The notes under the pieces were generated by a model. The model was given only the letters and a program-made list of their open reading frames with translations, was not told the DNA's origin and did no database searches. From Owenia fusiformis (taxonomy: Eukaryota), in assembly GCA_903813345.2 (NCBI GenBank), contig CAIIXF020000001.1, forward strand, positions 32,364,001 through 32,428,000: a stretch of 64,000 nucleotides of DNA, given 5' to 3'. This document shows positions 14,201 to 29,200 of this stretch, in pieces (positions within the stretch are counted from its first letter, which is position 1; each line of letters starts with the position of its first letter). A program made the position numbers and the translations under genes.

Positions 14201-17200
14201 CCAATGGTATGCTGAATAGTTAAGACATTGTCAATTATGGTAATTTAAAATACTATATTGTTTAATATAAGACTTGATATATTGTATGTTCTAACACTGA
14301 CATCTGTTCCAAAATCTAAAGGTTCTACTAAATGATTACAGATTTTGGTTTTCTCGTAAATCATCTCTAAGGATAGTAATTACGTCCAGGTTCATAAAAG
14401 CACGTGCATTATTGTGTTATATGTAATCATACTAAAAAATATATATTAGGTATAATGTACTGTCATCGACATGAATTAATGAATTGTTACAAGATGTTTC
14501 GTATGCACAGTACTAAGCCTATGTACAAGACAGTGTCTTATTTAATCTCGACAGTATACAACGATTGCGCTAATAATGAAAAATGCTGATCGTATATAGA
14601 TCTGTATTCGATGATTATTTCAATTTAGACTGCCTCGACATTTCCAGATCACATCCGTGCCAGCATCCGTGCAAAATTGAAGTGTACCAGATAATAGACA
14701 CAAATGTCAATCCGAGAATCACAATTCATTATTTTGCTTACCATTGTCAGTTGATCTTTTGCTTAAACCAATCCAGTATCCTGTGTTGGACCATCTGAAA
14801 TCATGTTTATCATGTCGATGTTTTGGAGTGAAATTGTGGAATGTATGAAAATATTTCATTTTCGTAAATCAGAATATTTCCATAGCGATTCAGCATGAGC
14901 GATTAACATAATTGAAACAACTTTTTATTTTATTTTAATCTATAACAAGCGCAGTTTACATTTAGTCCTAACACCGAAACTCATAGGGAGAGTGTTCTCT
15001 CATAGTAATACTTTACTTACGTCGTGACATCTTTTAGAAAAACAGAGACCTCTTCACTATGGAGACTCGCAAGGTCCCCTCCTATACTACGACAAAAACT
15101 TTCAGCTTCTCCCCATGTTTTCCTTTCTCCAACTTGATATTCATTGTAAGCCTTAATAAAGCCAAAGACATGCATGCATAAGCGAAAGAAGAAAAATCTA
15201 GAGAATAATCATGCTATGCTTTCTACTGAAGGCTTAAGAATATTGATCAGTAACTCGGTCGCTGAGTTTAGTATAGACATGGACCTCTATCTCCGGGATA
15301 TAGGTCCAAGTGTAGTTGAAGCTATCAGCAATAAGATCAGCAATACTATGTCTACAAAGCGACAGTGAAGCATATTGTACATACAGGGTGAACCCAAAAA
15401 AATTTACCTACCTAACAATGAATATCGTTTTAACCAATGGAGTTTGATAAGAGAAAGTACCCACCCGACAATAAATATCTCTTAAACCAAAAGAGTTTGA
15501 TTAAAGAAAGTTTGCACAGTTAAAGTTAGTTCAATGTTCTTTAAGTTGACAAAGTTTCACCACTATAGCAAATGCATAGCCCATTTGCGGGCCATTAAAT
15601 AATGATTCCATTCTCATCATTGAGTGCATCTGGCACAATGAAGTGGTCTCTGAACCACTTCATCAGGAGCATGGTTACCCAAAAACATAGTTCTTACTAT
15701 TAAATGAATTTATTGAATTGTGCAAACTTTCTTTAATCGAACTCTATTAGTTGAAGAGATATTTATTATTAGGTGGGTTAAGTTTTTTGGTACACCCTGT
15801 ATCATAACATCATATGTGAGTGATTTCGGTGACTAGACATTTTTACAACTGAATCAAAAGTTTCTCAAATGTCATGTTAATGCAATATCAGTGACAGTGC
15901 ATTTTGAACAAAGATCTAAAGGAAAGCCTGACATTTCTTTCATACGATGTAAATGTCATTATCGTGTGCATTTAGGGACTAAAAAGGTTCTCACGAAGTT
16001 ATATAGTTGTCTCCGATGAATTTTGTAAGTTCTGCGCTATGTATGCTAGCTAAATCACCACCTAGGTGTTTACAGAAGCTTTGAGCTTCTACCCACGTTT
16101 TCATTTCACTTTTGGACCACGTATACCAACCCTGTATAATTAGTTTGACAATAAAATGTATATAAAGTGAATACTATACGTAATCTACAACAGGGTGCGT
16201 GTCAAATTGAATCTATTTATGTAAGTACCAAAATGCTGTTTGAAATGTTTAGTCATCTTCAAAAAAATGCAATCTTCAAGGCTGACCGGTCCTAGAAAAT
16301 CAACAGAAATTGATTACTAAATATGGCTGTATCAGTAAATACATGTTAGAGAAATGTGTGATCTATATCATTCGGGACTTATTTCAATCATTATTGAATG
16401 CTGTTTAAAGATGATATATAACTATACCAAGGTTAGTTCATGCTGTCGAGGAGGGAGATCTAGAGGACAACACATTTGACACCTTGTAAGATTCTGAATA
16501 AATCAAATGCATTTATCATTAAGGTGAGCATCATTAACAAGGCGTTTTTTACTGTAGTTGTGTACCTTATAACATTTATCACCGAAGCCCTTCCACTCAC
16601 TGGGACACGGTTCAGGCGTGACTATCGTCGTTGGGGGAGGCGCTGGTGTGTATCCTAATCGTCCCTTCTTGCATATGAAACCTCTACGGTTGGAACAGTC
16701 ATCATCCATCCATTTACCAATAGGGCTTGTCGCCCGAGCGGATACACAGGAGTGCACCTCATTACCTGGATGCAATCATAAGGAACATTGTATACATTTA
16801 CATGTTACGCTGTAAATGTGCATATACATTTTGTGTATGATATATTTTAGTTGGTCCTTGACTTCTGAGATACACTAGTAGCACTGGTGATCCACTCGAT
16901 TACGCTGGTTACCAAAACGGTTCGTTTTGGTAACAAAATGTCGGAACATCCGGAAGGTACGATTTTTCTCGTTTTCTTTTTTTACACGTTGTAGACAGAA
17001 TTCCCACGACATTTTTCAACACAAACGTGTATCAGTATCATATGTTTAAGAAAGTGTACATATTTGCGAACAAATAGTTCAGAAGACAACAGAATCGTCG
17101 ATTTACTTCCTCACTTAAGTTACATAAACGGTTTGGGTTAAAAGTGCAGATCTTAACTGTTTTTCGAAAAACCGTTTATGTAACTTAAGTGAGGAAGTAA

Positions 17201-20200
17201 ATCGACGATTCTGTTGTCCGCTGAGCTATTTTTTCGCAAACATGTACATTTTCTAAAACATATGATACTGATGCACGTTGTGAGAAAAAACGTCGTGGGG
17301 ATTCTGCCTACAACGCGTGAAATAAGGAAAAAAGAAAAATCGTGCCTTCGACGTTCCGAAATTTTGTTACCAAAACGGTTAACCAGCGTAATCGAGTGGA
17401 TCACCAGTGAGTAGAATACTGTTCATAACTAACCTGTATGCGATTCGTGCCAATTTGTGTACGTGACTGGTCTTCCACTCGTCCAATAGAATGTAGAATT
17501 AGCACCTCGGTTAGTCAATCCAATCCAAATGTTCCCCGAGATAAACGCTAATTCACTAGATATGTACTCCTGTTCTGGTCTGAAAATCATTTTTATCCCC
17601 TTAAAATCCCTTGGTACAACAATCAATCAAAATGTGTTGCTACTTATAGGATAGTTAGATATATTCTACCATCGAAATAAATCAAAATGACACGGGAGAG
17701 AGGTCTACAATTGTATACTGTAATATAATACAATACACCCACCATAGTCCGTTGTCACATATCATGTATACAAGGGGCGATCCATATATTCTGATAAAAA
17801 TGCTCTCATTTTGTGATTTTTTCAGAAAATGTAGATTATGTAATTACACATACAATGCTAAAATATGATAGCTATATCTTAAATTATCAATGAGATAAGG
17901 TTGCCATGGTAACCTGTATTAAGGGTAGGCAGGTCAACTAAATTATCACATATAAATATCATAATAACTTATTATTTTAAAGCATGCGGAAATCATGCAT
18001 TTTTTCTAAAAAAGTTTGGTATTGTTACTTGTTGTTTGTTGCTAAACAAATGTTTATATGTGCTCACTATAACATCACAACAAATCACAATAGCATTATA
18101 GGACAGAATGTGCCAATTGACATTACATGTTATGAGACACACCAAAAATCAAATTGTCAGATGAGGTTAATGTGGCTGATGCAGAGTGTGACATTAACTG
18201 ATACATTAGGGAATACCATTAGATTTTATTTTCTTTCAAGAATAAGTAAGAGGATGCTGTCAGAGACATACATGGACTTATTAAGTGCGTGGGCAAGGTG
18301 TTATTTCTGCATAAAGAATCTATAGGTAGTATTGTAAAGAGGAAGGCATGGTCACTGTTGAAGATCATCCACAATCTGGTTGCAAGAAGAGCTTGTGGAC
18401 AGAGAATAACACTACGATAAATTGAGATGTTACTAATGAAAAGATAGCCATACCACTGTATAAATTATCAAAAAAGGGCAACAGGGGTATGGAACAGATC
18501 AATGAATAGTTGGCAATGACCGGAAGATACGTTTGATCTGCTTAAAATAGGTACCTAGGAATGATTAAATTAACATATTTATCTATTTTAGATGTTATAA
18601 TTTAACTGACCTGCCTACCCTATATAAATACAGGTTACCATGGCAACCTTATTTCAAAATTAATTTAAGATATAGCTTAAACATTTTACCATCGTATGAT
18701 CGTATGTGTAATTACATAATCTACATGTTCTGAAAAAATGAAAGGGATAGGTGGAAAAATCACAAAATGGGAGCATTTTTATCAGAATATATGGATCGCC
18801 CCTTGTATATGGATAAAAAGAGAAACTGTACTCACAAACTAAGTATATCGACCAATTTTCCTCCCTTTGCAGTACAATGAATGTCTGCATCTGTGAAGGT
18901 CTTGGGTGTAGTGACTAGAGAGTAACAATATGCGTCCCATGCCGATTGAAAGTCCTTGGGAAGAGCATAAACATATAGTGCATTTACAATGATAGCACAA
19001 ACCTTGAGATCTATAAACCATTTGAACAGTTGAACTTGACAGTTGAACTTGACAGTTGAATTATGTTCAAACATATAGGAATCTCCAAAACATACACGTT
19101 TACCGTTTTGCTATACTCCTTGCAAGTCGTCTTATCCGTGGCAGTGGATTTGTTTACATTATTGCGGAATATAACTGATCATTTAAGTAAAAACGGTTGA
19201 GGTACCCTACGGATATGGAGATGTTTCGCAGTAAGTTCGGCGGACGATACTACAGCGCCAAGTCTCTAGGGAATTGATTGTTCTTTGTAAAGAAAACAAT
19301 TGTAAACCTATGAATAGGTAAAGGGCCTTAGCGAGGTTACCTCCCTTGTTTACATTCGGCAAAACGTATGAGGAGAATAGGAAAGTTGTCACAACTTTCT
19401 AAAACCTAACTTATTTGAACCAATTTCACTTGTCGGCTACGGGAATTTTAGTTGTACACGAACTGATCGAGGGGGTTAATTCCGTTCGTTATAACTTAAA
19501 CACCAGTTAGACATTCAAATCCAGGCCATGTGTTAACACGGAATCCAGTGCCACGGATAAGATCACTTCCAAGGAGTGTATAAAATGAATTGTACAAGTT
19601 ACATCAGTGAGAGTAAAATAAGTATCGTGCAAATTATATTGTACTATGAAAGTTGTATATTCGGTGACGACTAAAACTTCTTACTGTCGGGCATCCATCT
19701 ACAGTTGGGGGTACACTAGTTGGTGGGTATTCAGCTATTGACTTCTTGCAAATATAACCACCAGACCGTGTGTCACATGGGACATCGTTCCATCTTGCTT
19801 TCTGAAATGTTTAATTCATCCATTAGTATCATGAAACCGAGAGGTATAATATATATCGTATAGCAAACATCGCGTGTTGGCCAGGAAAATAAAGGGGAAT
19901 GGGCAGATCGCTGACTTGATGTCAGGCTGCTGGTAAATGGATACTAATGTTACACTTACGTGAGACTCTTTATACATGACGACACATTGTTCACGGTTTC
20001 CATTGTGATCATTAGGCTCCCTGGCATTCCATCTTGTGAACGTTACTGGCGATCCATCCAACCATTCAAAGTGGAACGCTGTTCTTAGATCATTCAAGCC
20101 AATCCACACCTTATCATACGGCCATCTATTACTTACACTAGCTGTAACATGCTTGAATTTATCAGTCTTGCCATAAGTTTATAAACCTCATTAGGATTGC

Positions 20201-23200
20201 TGATAATTGTTTACTATGCCTGTGTGTGTTTGTGTTGTTTTAAATATACAGGGTGTCCGGAAAGTAAAGATACCAATGCTCTTATTTCAAGAGATTTACC
20301 TGTTATTAGATGAAATTGCTCCAGAATGTGGAATGACATTATAACAATATATCCTGCAAGTGTCATGACTTTAAGTTTCAAAATGAAAAAGTTATGGTTG
20401 TTATGGTAACGGGAGTCGAGGGTAAGTGGAGCAATGTCACAACCGTATTCTACAAATCTCTTTCCTGCTCATATGATCTTGGCACTCCACCATCTATTCC
20501 TATATTATATCAAATTATGTACCACAACAGCATAGGGATTAGTAATGTAACATTATTTGATCATTTCATATTACTACTTTCATTGAATATCCATTATTTT
20601 CGCCATTATCGACACATTATTGGTGCATCTTGACTGGCGCTTCAAAGACCTGACAAAACCGCTGCTGTCCATCTTTCAGATTGCTGATAACATTGTCTTC
20701 CAGCTGAGTCATATTTGGATGTTGAACTTTTAACAAATATTGCTTTCAAATGGTCATTAAGGTAGAAGTCTAAAGAGGCTTTATCAGGTTAATATGGAGG
20801 ATTGATAGAAAGGTTTAGTGTCAAGACACTCCATTGTAAGATCTGTTTTTTGCTTTGTGAATTGGTGCATCGTGAAGATATTGACTTTCCTACTAATGGC
20901 CAAGACCATTTCTTCTAAGCACATGTATAATATTTCTTTCATTATACTGGTTAGTGACATAACATAGTTCTGATATGTAGCAATGACATCATTATATAAA
21001 AGAAAATACTATGGCAGCAATAATACAATGATGAACAAAACAAAACATTTATAGAAAATACAACAAAAAACACTGTTTCAAATGGTTGTCTTTTAGCAAT
21101 TTTTCACTTTTTAGCATTGTTCTGGAACTGCTCCACATACCTCTCACATCCGTAACCATAACAACCGTAACTTGAATACATTTAGACTATATGTAATGAA
21201 AGTTGGTAGATATATTGTAATATTGTTCCTCTACAATCTGTAGCAATTTCATTTCAAAAAATCAAAATTTCTTAAAATAAGAGTATTTGTATCTTTACTT
21301 TCCGGACACCCTGTATATGTACATGTAAAAAGTGGGGTTTTATATTTGCGTCATTAATACATTTTGCCTAGGTTACTATTTGTAACATCTTCTCTGCATG
21401 AAGTAAACAGCCACAAAATACTTACTCATTTCTTTTGTTTTTGATGCAACAAAGTTGTATTCATTTTCATCTAGGATGCTGACCAGTTCAGATCTGTCAT
21501 ATCTACATTCATCTCTAGCCTGTTGCCAGGACTTTGACCAATCGTTGACAAAATGATAACATTTCTCCCCATACTGCACCCATCCCTCCTCGCATCCATA
21601 ACGATAACCTAGAAATCATAAATTTTAGTATTGCAAAGATTAATATAGTTTATAAATTAAATGATTATGGTGATAATAAATCTTCTCATACCCATTATAT
21701 TGACAAAGATCCATTTTCCTGGTATCCCCTCTTCCGTTGAAATGGCGGTGTATGAAGCCTTGAAGTCCTCGGGGGCTTGCCATTTCATGAATACGTCTTG
21801 TCCAATTGTTTTACCTCGACCAACTTGGATATTCGCACCGTTCCATCCTATCCAAAATGCCCTATACTCATTCTTATTCAAAATACCCGGAGTCTCAACT
21901 CTTACATGATGTGTTGTTCCATGTCTACTACGGATTTCTGAATATTGATTGTTTTCAATTCCTAGCTCTATTTGATGCGATGCTGAGTCATCAAGGTCAC
22001 CAGATATCTCTGCGAGGAGAATATGAGCGCCTCCAGACGCTTTGATAAGGAATGATAAACTTGTCCGTCCGGTCAGTGAAAACGGAAGAAAGGTATATTC
22101 CAATTTTGGTTCAGTCTCATAAGTTAAGTCCCCATTGCCAATTACGGGAGTTGTTGGAGCAGGTAGAGTGGTTGATACTGTCCCTGGATAAATTTGATAA
22201 CATGTATTATATTGTATTAATAGATTTTATTCTGTACTTTGTGGGGCGAATCGTTTGGAAATATCTTTTAGCGAATTTAATGTTCTAAACTATCAATTTA
22301 CTTACCTCTCTTTTTACAGATTGAATATCTGCGTGCATTGCAGCTGATATCGTTCCACTGCTTGCTAAAAAGTGCCATTTCGCCACAATCTTCGGTACCA
22401 GCCCAATTGTTCGGCTCACCTTGACATAATTGATAAAAATGGTATGAGGCATGTGTACAACAAGGAGGGTAAATAAAAATGTTTGTTGTTAATAACAGAC
22501 ACGAGAATCCAAGCAACTGATTATTTTTTACCTGGTGCCCAATTGAAGAAGTTAACAGGATCACCGCTCGACCACTCCCATATAAATTTCTCCGAACGAT
22601 CATGAATGCCAATCCACATTCCCAAGGAACCAGTTATACCAACAGTTCTAGCTAAAATAAAACAAAATATACACTAGTACACTAACCGAAAGTCACAATT
22701 AACAATCTTGGATTGCAAAGTTATATCGTTTTCATAGATATGATTTGATACTTGATGTACGTTGGTACTTTTAGCAGATTTTTCATGAATCACGCCACTC
22801 AATCTAACTTAGTCATTGAAAATATGTATTGACTCTGTGTCACTACAAATAAACCAATTTATATGAGGGCCATTGGTAAGAAACTTTTTGATCGACCCTT
22901 GTAAATTAGTTTACTAAAAATAAATGTGGATATCGCAAGGTCCTAAACTTCTTTCAGTCGTGTTGTATCTTGACGGAAAGCTAAAAGGAAATATCTGATA
23001 CCTGCAATGTATCGTTGCTCATGGACACTGTTTATACTAAGAAGATCCCCGCCATGGTCCTGGCACGTAGCACGTGAATCTGTCCAGGATGAAGCCGTTG
23101 TTATAAACTGATAACAGTATTCACTCAGAACATCATCTTCCCAGTAAGGTCCGCACTTCTGCGTCCATCTTGCTAATATAACATTTTACAATCTCAATAT

Positions 23201-26200
23201 GATAACTATGAGACTACGTCTTACAATATAAGGTTCATTTCCATTATATACAAGTAGTTATAAGGACTGAGTTAATACATCATCGAGATACACAATTTGC
23301 AATCATTTAATTTACACAAAATGTACCTATCACTTACGCCCAGGGGTTCCAGTTGGTGTTGTAATTCCAACAATGGCAGCATCCATTTTACAGATGAAAG
23401 GCAATTTATTTGAACATGCGACATCATTCCATTTGCCCTTTATTCTCTCAACGTCAACAACTTCCGCGCAGTTCTCGCCATCAGCAACGCCGTTATTTGG
23501 TTCACCATCGCCCCAATTGGTAAAAATAGGCTAGAAATAGACAGTTATTGCATCTAATGACTGCCTGGATGTCTGCAAAGTCTGAAAAATGATCACTGAA
23601 CCTCTCATGAAATAAGTACTTACATTGATACCATCGTTCCATACCCATGATCCTTCTACTGCTCTATCGTTGAAGCCAATCCATGATATTGCTTGAAGTT
23701 TACCTAAAAAAACACCATGACAATGACGTGACTCTTGAAACATAATATTTCTATTTAAGGAACAAACAATGATATGCCATATAATATGGTGAAATTCAGC
23801 ACAGGTTCCGAAGGTAAGCAAATGTACTGACATTTTGTCCAACGAGTTTAGAATTTCACCATATAGAATGGCGTTTCATTATTTATTCTGATTCAAACAT
23901 AAAAATGAAAACATTGTCCAGAGAACAAGGGATTGAGGTAGATCCATTAATCGAACTTGCTGTTATTTTCGCCATCCCTAGGTGTGCCGTCAAAGTACAA
24001 CACAATTCAAAGATTCCCGGATGATTGAATAGATGCAGTCGCTCATGTTTGGACAATTAAAACACAGCATGCTGCATTCTGATTACTTGAGAAACTCAGT
24101 TAAATTAGAGAACGGTCATGTTTAAATTTTGCATTCTACACCAAAATTGTGTCTTGGTTTTTATGTACTGATTCAAGGGCAATAACAACTAGAATGTATA
24201 TCATACAAAATGGACGCACTATTTATGAAGGTTTGCTCAGTTTCACTCATGATAGTGACCAAATCCGCGCCAACTGCCAGGTTTTGACATTTAAGTCTCG
24301 CCATTGGCCATGTCACCCTCTCTTCCTCAAAGCTATAGCAGAAGCTATTGTCCATGGTCCAGTCATTCGGGCAAGCATATGGTACTAAAACAGACAAACC
24401 ATGAAAACAACAATCAACATTAAAAGTGATAGTTCAGTAGTTAAAAAACGTTAATAGAGAGCTTTCGATTGGATACGTATACGCAAACTTGTATTTGTAC
24501 AAGTAAAGTATAGCACTGGGGAGGAACTGGAAATGATGATAGAGTGCTTTCATCCTTAAAATCACAACACAATATTTATGCCAAATATTGTGATTTGAAG
24601 GATGAAAGCATTCCTTCCAATGTATGTAGTTCGTGAGTTTCGGTTTCAAAATATGATCACAACTTAGAAATTAATTCTGCCATTGCAGGGATATTCACAA
24701 ATCAATTTCCTCGATAAGGAAACGAGGGAATTGATTTGAGAAACCTTCCTCCCCAGTGGAGTTAATGTCATTTAAAAGTTAAAGTTGCAGTATAAGTTTG
24801 GCTGAAAACTTATATCGAAAGCTCTCTAATGATGTTGAAAAAGCTCTTAAACATTCAAAGATCAGAAAAGTTATCGTTTGAGAATCCAAGTAGTAGGTTT
24901 TGAAGGCTATTCAGTTTTTTACAATTACCTGGAGCTGTTGTCGGAACGATAGGAACAGATCCGACTGTAGTCTCACAAGCATATGCACTCAGCTGTAAAC
25001 AATATGTAGTCATGCTCCAGTACGCCTCAGTCAGACCTAATCATTGAACAGATTGAGAAACAATATACTCATATTAATGATCAATTTCATATGTGTTTTA
25101 GTTGTCTTGTGAAATGTCTATCAGAGAGCAGGTCAATTCATTTAGTTACGGATGGTTAGAGATTGCAGAAACTCGAGTCACTTCATTTACTAACATTCAG
25201 AGTTTTAGAAATATAAATTACCCAGGTTTCTATTTCATGAATGTGGTGCCGATGCTCACTCTACATGTTTTGGTCATGAATTAAATTTTCTGATGAGATA
25301 TATTTGTCAAAAAACATGTCAAGACATCATGGTTTAGACTACATCTGCTCAAACCAAAGTCACTTTTGTACTGACCTGTAAATATCCTTCCACAATCTCT
25401 TTTGCCTACAACAGTATTGGGCTGACCAAGATTCCAGTTTTTAAATTTCTCCTCTCCCTCCACTGCTGTTCCGTCAGACCAAATTAACGTCTCATCAGTC
25501 ACAGATTTATCTGAAACAGTTATTGTAGGAAACTTGAAGTGTCAATGTGTTATTTTCTAACTCAAAACACGAGATTATTATCAGGAAAAATATCCTCCAA
25601 GTAAGGTACCCAGGATAATAAATACGAAAATCATTAACTAGACCTTACCTCAACACATTTTGCGAAAGTCTACACTTATTTAATTCTAAAACGAGGATCT
25701 TCTTTTGTCATTCTAACATATTATGCACATATAACATGAAAAGGTTGCTTGTATGGTCAGTATGCTTGGATGTAGTTGTGGTACAAAAGATATGACTTAA
25801 ACCTTTGTCATGACGCACAAATAAGAACTTTGTAGCTTTTTGAATTTAACTAATATACTGCACCTGATACTCCAAGCCACATTGTGTTTATGTGACTGCG
25901 TGCCAACTGCTTTGCCTTTATGTTGATGTAATCCTGTTCATATTGACTGTAAAAAAGAATATTATTTTAACTGCTTAGAGAGCAATGGTAGATATATAAA
26001 ATATTAACGAGCCAACTATGGAGAATTATCAGATAATTTTATAAGTTTCTTGGAGGAAAATACTTGAAACATCACATGTATTGCATGGCTTACTTTTGGA
26101 TAGAAAGCAGATTTGTATTCATTCTGGCACAATGGTCCCGTGCTCCGAACCATGACTTCTTCTCCTGGACATAAAACTTATAGCATTTTCCATTCTTCTC

Positions 26201-29200
26201 CAGCCAACCACCAGCACATCTTCCTACAATTCTTCTGCAGATATACTTCCGTTCTCTGTCACACTGTTGTGCCGACCAAGATTTTTCAAGATCAGTATTG
26301 GGATTCACAATGACACATGTGTTGTCCTCCTTACCCCTGAAATGACACCCATCTTAGAATGTGCTTTGTGCCCAATGAGATATATTCTTGACTGAAATGA
26401 CACCCATCTTACAATGTTCTATATGCCCTATGAGATATATTCTTGACTGAAATGACACCCATCTTAGAATGTTCTATATGCCCAATGAGATATATTCTTG
26501 ACTGAAATGACACCCATCTTAGAATGTTCTATGTGCCCGATGAGATATATTATTGACTGTAATGACACCCATCTTAGAATGTTCTATGTGCCCAATGAGA
26601 TATATTCTTGACTGACATGACACCCATCTTAGAATGTGCTTTGTGCCCAAAGAGATATATTCTTGACTGACATGACACCCATCTTAGAATGTGCTTTGTG
26701 CCCAATGAAATATATTCTTGACTGAAATGACACCCGTCTTAGAATGTTCTATGTGCCTTATGAGATATATTCTTGACTGAAATGACACCCATCTTAGAAT
26801 GATCTATATGCCCTATGAGATATATTCTTGACTGAAATGAACCGATCTTAGAATGTTCTGTGTGTCCAATGAGATATATTCTTGACTGACATGACACCCA
26901 TCTTAGAATGTGCATTGTGTCCAAGGAGATATATTCTTGACTGACATGACACCCATCTTAGAATGTGCTTTGTGCCCAATGAGATATATTCTTGACTGAC
27001 ATGACACCCATCTTAGAATGTGTTTTGTGCCCAAGGAGATATATCCTTGACTGACGTGACACCCATCTTAGAATGTGCTTTGTACCCAAAGAGATATATT
27101 CTTGACTGACATGACACCCATCTTGGAATGTGCTTTGTGCCCAATGAGATATATTCTTGACTGACATGACACCCATCTTAGAATGTGCTTTGTGCCCAAT
27201 GAGACATATTCTTGACTGAAATGAACCGATCTTAGAATGTTCTATGTGCCCAATGAGATATATTCTTGACTGACATGACACCCATCTTAGAATGTGCTTT
27301 GTGCCCAATGAGATATATTCTTGACTGAAATGAACCGATCTTAGAATATGTTCTTTATGCCCTATGAGATATATTCTTGACTGACATGACACCCATCTTA
27401 GAATGTGCTTTGTGCCCAATGAGATATATTCTTGACTGAAATGACACCCATCTTATATTGTTCTATGTGCCCAATGAGATATATTCTTGACTGAAATGAC
27501 ACCCATCTTAGAATGTTCTGTTTGCCCAATGAGATATATTCTTGACTAAAATGACACCCGTCTTAGAATGTTCTATGTGCCCAATGAGATATAATCTTGA
27601 CTGACATGACACCCATCTTAGAATGTGCTTTGTGCCCAAAGAGATATATTCTTGACTGACATGACACCCATCTTAGAATGTGCTTTGTGCCCAATGAGAT
27701 ATATTCTTGACTGAAATGAACCGATCTTAGAATATGTTCTGTGTGCCCAATGAGATATATTCTTGACTGACATGACACCCATCTTAGAATGTGCTTTGTG
27801 CCCAATGAGATATATTCTTGACTGAAATGAACCGATCTTAGAATGTTCTGTGTGCCCAATGAGATATATTCTTGACTGACATGACACCCATCTTAGAATG
27901 TGCTTTGTGCCCAATTAGATATATTCTTGACTTAAATGACACCCATCTTAGAATGATCTATATGCCCAATGAGATATATTCTTGACTGAAATGACACCCA
28001 TCTTAGAATGTTCTAAATGCCCTATGAGATATATTCTTGACTGAAATGACACCCATCTTAGAATGATCTATATGCCCCATGATATATATTCTTGACTGAA
28101 ATGACACCCATCTTAGAATGTTCTATATGCCCTATGCAATATATTCTTGACTGAAATGACACCCATCTTAGAATGTTCTATATGCCCCATGAGATATATT
28201 CTTGACTGAAATGACACCCATCTTAGAATGTTCTATATGCCCTATGAGATATATTCTTGACTGAAATGAACCGATCTTAGAATGTTCTGTGTGTCCAATG
28301 AGATATATTCTTGACTGACATGACACCCATCTTAGAATGTGCTTTGTGCCCAAGGAGATATATTCTTGACTGACATGACACCCATCTTAGAATGTGCTTT
28401 GTGCCCAATGAGGTATATTCTTGACTGAAATGACACCCATCTTAGAATGTTCTATGTGCCCAATGAGATATATTCTTGACTGAAATGAACCGATCTTAGA
28501 ATGTTCTATGTGCCCAATGAGATATATTCTTGACTGAAATGAACCGATCTTAGAATGATCTGTGTGACAATGAGATATATTCTTGACTGACATGACACCC
28601 ATCTTAGAATGTGCTTTGTTCCCAAGGAGATATATTCTTGACTGACATGACACCCATCTTAGAATGTGCTTTGTGCCCAATGAGATATATTCTTGACTGA
28701 AATGACACCCATTATAGAATGTTCTATATGCCCTATGAGATATATTCTTGACTGAAATGACACCCATCTTAGAATGTTCTATGTACCCAATGAGATATAT
28801 TCTTGACTGAAATGAACCGATCTTAGAATGTTCTGTGTACCCAATGAGATATATTCTTGACTGACAAGACACCCATCTTAGAATGTGCTTTGTGCCCAAG
28901 GAGATATATTCTTGACTGACATGACACCCATCTTAGAATGTGCTTTGTACCCAAAGAGATATATTCTTGACTGACATGACACCCATCTTAGAATGTGCTT
29001 TGTGCCCAATGAGATATATTCTTGACTGAAATGAACCGATCTTAGAATATGTTCTTTGTGTCCAATTAGATATATTCTTGACTGACATGACATCCATCTT
29101 AGAATGTGCTTTGTGCCCAATGAGATATATTCTTGACTGAAATTAACCGATCTTAGAATGTTCTGTGTGCCCAATCAGATATATTCTTGACTGACAAGAC

